Both the position numbers and the translations under genes were made by a program. A DNA stretch of 64,000 bases from Dehalococcoidia bacterium (GTDB lineage Bacteria > Chloroflexota > Dehalococcoidia > Bin125): assembly GCA_963663895.2 (NCBI GenBank), contig CAXXRD010000001.1, positions 160,001 to 224,000 of the forward strand, given 5' to 3'. Below, piece after piece: positions 58,325 to 64,000 of the stretch; the stretch's first letter is position 1; every line of letters begins with the position of its first letter. Below the pieces are notes generated by a model, which made no database searches, had not been told where the DNA came from, and saw only the letters and a program-made list of their open reading frames with translations.

Positions 58325-59161
58325 GTGACCGAACACGCCCCCAACCGCTCCCCGACTCAGCCTGCGTCCCCCGACAAAGTGCTGGAAGCCGCGCTGGCGC
58401 AGGCCGTCGAGCTCTTACAGCGCGCGCGGTACTGCATCGCCCTCACCGGCGCCGGCATCAGCGCCGAGAGCGGCATTCCCACCTACCGCGGCAAGGATGG
58501 CCTCTGGACCAAAGCCGGCGAACCGCCGCTCAATCAATACCAGCGCTTCTTGGCTGACCCGAACGACTACTGGGAAACGCAGCGCCAACGCCGCGAGAAC
58601 CCCGACGAACTCTTCGCCACGCTGCGCGAAGCCGTTCCCAATGACGGCCACTTCGGCCTCGCGGAACTGGAGCGCCTCGGCATCCTCCAACACACGATCA
58701 CGCAGAACATCGACAACCTGCACCGGCTGGCCGGCAGCGAGCGCCTCACGGAGATCCATGGCAACAGTCACTACACGCGCTGCCTCGCATGCAACGCCCG
58801 TGCCCCTTTCGACGAGATCCTCGAGGCGCTCCCACCGCGCTGCGAGAACTGTGGAGGCCTGCTCAAGTCCGACACGGTGATGTTCGGGGAGCCCATCCCC
58901 CGCGATCACCTCGCGGCCTGCTTCCATGAGGCCCAGCAAGCCGACTGCCTCCTCCTCGTCGGCACCACTGCCGTCGTCACCCCGGCGGCCGACTTCGCTT
59001 GGGACATCTACAGGCGCGGCCATCCGCTTATCGAGATCAACCCTGAGCCGACGGTGATCAGCGACCACTGCACCGTGACGATCCGGACCCCCGCAGGAGA
59101 GGCGCTCCCTCGGATCGTCGATCAGCTCAAGCGATCCGCCGCCCGCTCCCACGACTCATGA
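58325..59161 (+). CDS. cobB: NAD-dependent protein deacylase (sirtuin)
   Basis: TGAGISAESGIPTYRG, ITQNIDNLH, EIHG, CxxC..CxxC, VMFGE. Confidence 0.93.
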   Translation: MTEHAPNRSPTQPASPDKVLEAALAQAVELLQRARYCIALTGAGISAESGIPTYRGKDGLWTKAGEPPLNQYQRFLADPNDYWETQRQRRENPDELFATLREAVPNDGHFGLAELERLGILQHTITQNIDNLHRLAGSERLTEIHGNSHYTRCLACNARAPFDEILEALPPRCENCGGLLKSDTVMFGEPIPRDHLAACFHEAQQADCLLLVGTTAVVTPAADFAWDIYRRGHPLIEINPEPTVISDHCTVTIRTPAGEALPRIVDQLKRSAARSHDS

Positions 59162-60465
59162 ATCGCCCGGTTGCCGTCGACTGGGCGGAGGTACAAGCCG
59201 AAGTCGTCGATACGCTCCAGGCCTACCTCCGCATCGATACGACGAATCCGCCCGGCGGTGAGGAGGCCGCCGCCCGCTTCCTGGGCGCCATCCTCGAGCG
59301 CGAGGGGCTCACCCCCGAGTACTTCGATGCGGGCGCCGGGCGCGTGTCGCTGCGGACCGCGCTGCGCGGCGACGGCTCGCAGGCACCCCTGATGCTGCTC
59401 AACCACACCGACGTTGTGCCCGCGGAAGCCGAACATTGGCAGGTCGGCCCCTTTGACGGCGCCGTTCGCGACGGCTGCCTCTGGGGCCGCGGCGCCCTGG
59501 ATATGAAGGGGATGGGGATCCTCGAACTGCTCGTCCTCTTGGTCGCCAAGCGTGCGCGCCTGCCCCTCAAGCGGGACCTCGTCTTCCTCGCCCTCGCCGA
59601 TGAGGAAACCGGTGGCTCCAAGGGGATCGAGTTTCTCGACCGCGAGCGGCCCGACTTGCTGCGTGAGCCGGAGTACTGTCTGAACGAGGGCGGCATCGCG
59701 ACGCTGGAATTCCTGGGCGTCAAGCCCCCCGTCTTCGCCTGCAGTCCGGCCGAAAAAGGACCGCTCTGGCTCCGGCTGCGGGCCCGCGGCTCCCCGGGCC
59801 ACGGGTCGATCCCGCATGCGCGGAACGCAGCCGCGCGCTTGGTGCGCGCGCTCAACGCGATCGAGGGATGGGAGCGCGCCACGACCGTACTCCCGCTCAC
59901 ACAATCCCTCCTGGAGCAGATCGAACGCGCCGGCGATTGGCCCGGCGGCATGCCCAGCGTCGACACTCTCCGCAGCGCCCATCCCAGTTTCGCCGCCATG
60001 GTGACCAACACCGTCTCCCTCACCACGCTAACCGCCGGGGTGAAACACAACGTCATCCCCGCAAGCGCCGAAGCCACACTGGACTGCCGGCTCCTGCCCG
60101 GCGAGTCGCACGCAACCTTCGTCGACGCCATTCGGACCGTGATCAACGACCCCGATATCGAGACCGAAGTCGTCTTCCAGTCCGAGTCCGGCGTCTCCAA
60201 GTGGGAGACGGAGCTCGTCGCGATCATCCGGGAAGTCGTCCACGAAGAGGTCGCGGAGGCGCTGGTCTTGCCCGTAACCTCGGTGGGATTCACCGACTCT
60301 CGCGTCCTCCGCCGGCACGGCGTGAACACCTACGGCTTCATCCCCACCCTGATACCAAGCGAGTTCGCCAAGGGCATCCACGGCCACGACGAACGCGTGC
60401 CACTCGACAGCCTCGGTCAGGGCTGCAGGATCCTGTTCGAGGTCGTGCGCCGACTCGCCACGTAG
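59158..60465 (+). CDS. M20/M25/M40 family metallopeptidase
   Basis: HTDVVP, GRGALDMKG, ADEE, NEGG, GHGS, HGHDE. Confidence 0.93.
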   Translation: MNRPVAVDWAEVQAEVVDTLQAYLRIDTTNPPGGEEAAARFLGAILEREGLTPEYFDAGAGRVSLRTALRGDGSQAPLMLLNHTDVVPAEAEHWQVGPFDGAVRDGCLWGRGALDMKGMGILELLVLLVAKRARLPLKRDLVFLALADEETGGSKGIEFLDRERPDLLREPEYCLNEGGIATLEFLGVKPPVFACSPAEKGPLWLRLRARGSPGHGSIPHARNAAARLVRALNAIEGWERATTVLPLTQSLLEQIERAGDWPGGMPSVDTLRSAHPSFAAMVTNTVSLTTLTAGVKHNVIPASAEATLDCRLLPGESHATFVDAIRTVINDPDIETEVVFQSESGVSKWETELVAIIREVVHEEVAEALVLPVTSVGFTDSRVLRRHGVNTYGFIPTLIPSEFAKGIHGHDERVPLDSLGQGCRILFEVVRRLAT

Positions 60466-60506
60466 CCCTTCGCTCCCCCTCTGCGCGATTACTGCGCACA
60501 GCTACT

Positions 60507-62279
60507 TCACGTATCCGCTTCGACCTCGGCCCACTGCCAGCTGTTGTCCAGCACATCCAACCGCCGTCCTCGCACACCCGCCTGCAGCACGGTCGCGTGG
60601 GCCGGATAGAGCAAGGGGACCGACGGCACCAGCTCCAGCAGCCGCCTCTGAAACTGGCGCAACTGCTGCTGCCGCGTCTCCGGGTTCGTCGTCGCGATCA
60701 GCGATGCGATCATCTCGTCCACCTCGGCGTCCACAAAGCCAAACCGGTTCAACGACCCGCGGCTGTGAAAAAGCGGCACGATGAAATCCAGCGGCTCCGG
60801 ACTGGACGGCGCCGACTCCAGGAACCAGCGCAATCGCCCGTCGACGATGGCGGACACCATTTCGGCGTCCTCCAGCGGCATCACCTGCGCCTCTGCGCCG
60901 AGCACCTCCGCGATCCGCGCAACGATCCGCGCGCCCGGCGCGATCTCCCGCTCCTCCCTCGCAGGCACGGCCAGCGCCAACGGCTCCGGCGTCGGAAACC
61001 CGCCAGCCGCCTCCCACAGCGCGGCCGCTGCGCGCAGGTCAGCTTCCGCGGACGAATACCCGGGCAGCAACGCCAGATCGGAGGCGCGCAGCGCCCACGC
61101 AGCGAGCGGCGGCGGCACATACCCGCTGGGCCCAGCGCCCTCCCCGAACCAAGCCGCCGCCAGCGCCGACCGGTCAAGGGCAAGATGGACGGCGAGCCGT
61201 CGCCGGGGATCGTCCCAAGGTGGACGCTGTACCTGGAAGAACAGATGGAAGACGGTCGCCAGACCGGTCACGATCACGGTCGCGTCGGGTCCCGCCACAT
61301 CACGCGCCACCGCCACGGGGACACGCTCCAGCACGTTTTGCTCACCCCGTACGAAGGCTTCCGCCTGCTCGCCCGCGAGCCGGGCCGCGACGTGCAGATC
61401 CGCCAAGCGCGGCGCGCCCAAGTGGTGCGCCGAGTTCGCGCGGAAGCGCCAGCCGTCCGCGCCGACCCGTTCCAAGACGAAGGGCCCGCTGCCGCGCTGC
61501 GCTTCAGGGCCGCTGATCTCCTCATCAAGCAACTCGCTGGGCAGCACCCCCATCCAGGAACTGGCCAGCAGCCCAGGCAGGCGCGCGTCACCGCCCTCCA
61601 CCGCTATCCGCACCGTGCTTGGCCCGGCCGCCTCGACCCGCAAGTCCAACAAGCGATCATGCCGCGCGAAGGTCGGGTCCAGCCGGTCCCGCTGCGACTC
61701 AATGGTCGCCCGCACATCTTCCGCGCTGACAGCCCGGCCCCCGGTCGGCGCGCGCGCGTCCCAGCGCGCCGCTGGGTTGAGCTCAAACACCAACGTCGAC
61801 GCGTCGGTCATCTCTGGCAGCGCTGTCGCGAGATCCGGAGCCAACTCATCGGCGGCCACGTCTTGGAAGCGCAGCAGCTTGCTGTAGACCAACTGTCCGA
61901 GCCAGCGCTCGCTGATCGGCGAGATCGAACGGCGCAGGTCCGCCGTATCGAGGGCGATCAGCTCGTCACCGCTTCGAACATCCTCTAAGGCAGACGGGGT
62001 ATCCCGGGGTGCCGGCGTTCCATCTGGCGCCGGTGCGAGCGTCTCGCTCTGGACCTCGGGCTCCACGGAGGCGTCGGCATCATTGAGGTCCTCGGCGTCC
62101 TCGGCGTCCTCGATCGCCAGCGCCTCGTTCGGCTCCATCCGCGCGGGTGCCGCATCATCGTCATCATCGCCACAACCCACGAGCGCGAGCCCTGTTACTC
62201 CAATCGCCCCACTTCCAGCCGCGCGCAGCACGGCCCGCCGGCTCACCCGCGACGCTCGTCCGCGACAACGACGACTCAT
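60507..62279 (-). CDS. ABC transporter family 5 substrate-binding lipoprotein with Tat signal
   Basis: SRRAVLR Tat motif, ALVGC lipobox, PDLA, GSGPF, PPWDDPRRRLAVHLALDR. Confidence 0.88.
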   Translation of the reverse strand: MSRRCRGRASRVSRRAVLRAAGSGAIGVTGLALVGCGDDDDDAAPARMEPNEALAIEDAEDAEDLNDADASVEPEVQSETLAPAPDGTPAPRDTPSALEDVRSGDELIALDTADLRRSISPISERWLGQLVYSKLLRFQDVAADELAPDLATALPEMTDASTLVFELNPAARWDARAPTGGRAVSAEDVRATIESQRDRLDPTFARHDRLLDLRVEAAGPSTVRIAVEGGDARLPGLLASSWMGVLPSELLDEEISGPEAQRGSGPFVLERVGADGWRFRANSAHHLGAPRLADLHVAARLAGEQAEAFVRGEQNVLERVPVAVARDVAGPDATVIVTGLATVFHLFFQVQRPPWDDPRRRLAVHLALDRSALAAAWFGEGAGPSGYVPPPLAAWALRASDLALLPGYSSAEADLRAAAALWEAAGGFPTPEPLALAVPAREEREIAPGARIVARIAEVLGAEAQVMPLEDAEMVSAIVDGRLRWFLESAPSSPEPLDFIVPLFHSRGSLNRFGFVDAEVDEMIASLIATTNPETRQQQLRQFQRRLLELVPSVPLLYPAHATVLQAGVRGRRLDVLDNSWQWAEVEADT

Positions 62280-62407
62280 CCTTGCAGGGTCGCCAGCCCA
62301 GGTGCCGTGATCAACCGCTTCCCGCGTCATTTGCCGCGTACGCAGCCACACAAGATAGAATCGACTTGACCGCCTGGTCCCGACTGGCCGCGGTAACGGA
62401 GTTTTTC

Positions 62408-63226
62408 ATGACCGAGTCCGCCCTTGAAGGACAGTGGGCGCTCATTTTGGGCGCATCCAGCGGCTTCGGCGCCGCCACCGCGCTGGCGCTCGCGGAGGCC
62501 GGCATGCACATCGCGGGGGTCCACCTCGACCGGCAGGCAACCATGCCCAACGTCGAACGCTTAGTCCAAACCATTGAGGAGACGCACGGCCGACAGGCAC
62601 TCTTCCGCAACATGAACGCCGCCAACGAAGGGAAGCGGCGTCAATTCCTCGATGACCTATGCAATCACCTCGGAGGATCCGGCGGACCCACCACCGTCCG
62701 TGTGCTCCTGCACTCGCTCGCCTTCGGCACCCTCGGACCCTACATCGCCCGCAACACAGACGACTCCTCCCTCACGCAGCGCCAACTGGAGATGACGCTC
62801 GACGTCATGGCGAACTCCATCGTCTATTGGACCCAAGACATGCTCAACCGGGCGCTGCTGGGCGCGGGCAGCAAAATCTACGGCATGACTTCGGCCGGTG
62901 ACGCGAGGGTGATCCCTAACTACGGCGCCGTCAGCGCCGCCAAAGCCGCCCTCGGCTCCCACATCCGGCAACTCGCCGCCGAACTCGCGCCCATGGGCAT
63001 CGCCGCCAACGCTATCAAAGCCGGCATCACCGACACGCCGGCGCTGGAACGCATCCCCGGCTCCGACCGCCTCATTGAGTTCGCCCGCGCGCACAACCCC
63101 AGCGGGCGAATGACCGAACCTCAAGACGTGGGCCACGCCATCGTTCAGCTCAGCATCAACGATTCCCACTGGCTCACCGGCAATACCATCAACGTCGACG
63201 GCGGCGAAGACATCGCCGCCATTTGA
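62408..63226 (+). CDS. SDR oxidoreductase, FabL-like enoyl-ACP reductase
   Basis: ILGASSGFG, NYGAVSAAKAAL, AGITDTPAL, LTGNTINVDGG. Confidence 0.85.
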   Translation: MTESALEGQWALILGASSGFGAATALALAEAGMHIAGVHLDRQATMPNVERLVQTIEETHGRQALFRNMNAANEGKRRQFLDDLCNHLGGSGGPTTVRVLLHSLAFGTLGPYIARNTDDSSLTQRQLEMTLDVMANSIVYWTQDMLNRALLGAGSKIYGMTSAGDARVIPNYGAVSAAKAALGSHIRQLAAELAPMGIAANAIKAGITDTPALERIPGSDRLIEFARAHNPSGRMTEPQDVGHAIVQLSINDSHWLTGNTINVDGGEDIAAI

Positions 63227-63291
63227 GCCCGCCTCGCCACTCCGTTCCGCACGCAGTCGCCTTGCAACGGCGGACCCCGTAGCATCTGGGC

Positions 63292-64000
63292 ATGGCAGAT
63301 GAGCAGCGCGGCCGCCGACGGCGCCGCCGGGGCGGCCGCGGACGCGGGAGGCCCGGCGCCGAGGCAGCTTCCGCCGATTCCACTCCCAGAGCCACCCCCA
63401 AAGAAGACGCTGCCCGGCGCGATCCCCCGGGGGAGCCTGCTCGCGGCGGCCGACGTGGCAAACAGTCCCCACCGGGCACCATCCTCGGCTTGCCACGCTT
63501 CCTTTTCGTGCTGGTGCTCAGCGTCTTCGTCTCGTTTCTGATCCTGCAGATCATCACCTTGGTCACAGGCGGCGGCGACAACGATGATGATGTTCTGGCC
63601 ACGGTCCAAACTTTCCCGGATCAGGGCCGTCGCCACCTCGACCCCGGAGAAACCTTCAACGGCTACAACAGCACGCCCCCCACCTCCGGACCGCAAGACG
63701 CCACCGGTATCGACCCCGGAATCTACGATACGTCCCAGCGATTCGAGGCAGTGCTGCCGCTCTTGGAACGCGGGGGGGTGGCCCTGTACTACCACCCCGA
63801 TCGCCTGGACCCATCAGAGATCGAGGACATCACGAAGGCCTCTGAAAGTGCCATCCGTGCGGGCCGACGGCTGGCGCTAATACCGCACCAAGGGATCGCT
63901 GACGACGCCCTCGTCGTCAGCGCCTGGCGGCATCAGCTGCGCATCCAAGAGTTTATGCAAGCAACAACCATGGAACAGATCGGCGACTTCGTTACCTTTT
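63292..64000 (+). CDS. DUF3105-like membrane-anchored protein, 3'-truncated by window edge
   Basis: Manual translation from ATG 63292: Arg-rich N-terminus, TM helix, FPDQGRRH, YNSTPPTSGP, GIY, LE.GGV, SAW; frame open to the end. Confidence 0.75.
   Translation, partial: MADEQRGRRRRRRGGRGRGRPGAEAASADSTPRATPKEDAARRDPPGEPARGGRRGKQSPPGTILGLPRFLFVLVLSVFVSFLILQIITLVTGGGDNDDDVLATVQTFPDQGRRHLDPGETFNGYNSTPPTSGPQDATGIDPGIYDTSQRFEAVLPLLERGGVALYYHPDRLDPSEIEDITKASESAIRAGRRLALIPHQGIADDALVVSAWRHQLRIQEFMQATTMEQIGDFVTF

Overview
High-GC bacterial chromosome segment, most consistent with a Chloroflexota (Dehalococcoidia-like) organism. This is an inference from gene content: a GAAC-N4-GTTC LexA box, cofC/cofD, multiple LLM oxidoreductases and CoA-transferases, and the recA-recX-rny-ymdB order. 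1-18.6 kb is housekeeping: the end of the dcw cluster (ftsW-murG-murC-murB-ddl-ftsQ-ftsA-ftsZ), nrdR, yggS-proC-yggT, recA-recX-rny-ymdB-PHP-fabZ and tRNA-Asp. Genes in the first 12 kb carry many single-base indels in base runs, most likely long-read sequencing errors. 18.7-37.5 kb is a catabolic block (amidase plus small partner, hydrolase, 2 CoA-transferases, 2 paralogous LLMs, SnoaL, rhodanese, 2-oxoacid/acetoin dehydrogenase E1a/E1b/E2, phosphotriesterase, CMD, AKR, class III aminotransferase, amidohydrolase). 37.5-64 kb is mixed: DMT, ccdA, folP, a TlpA fusion plus UGSC selenoprotein, cofCD, nrdJ with NrdR boxes, znuA, a LysM/M23 peptidase, a 6S-like RNA, sirtuin, M20 peptidase, an ABC substrate-binding protein and a FabL-like SDR. 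The main signals not evident from the ORF track are: (i) a 652-bp transposase-less IS1595-type cassette with an 8-bp target duplication carrying a VOC gene; (ii) a circularly permuted CcdA close to a TlpA-fusion/UGA-recoded UGSC selenoprotein operon; (iii) a hidden histone-H1-like small protein preceded by an unexplained ~190-nt structured RNA; (iv) a 6S-like RNA at 58.1-58.3 kb.
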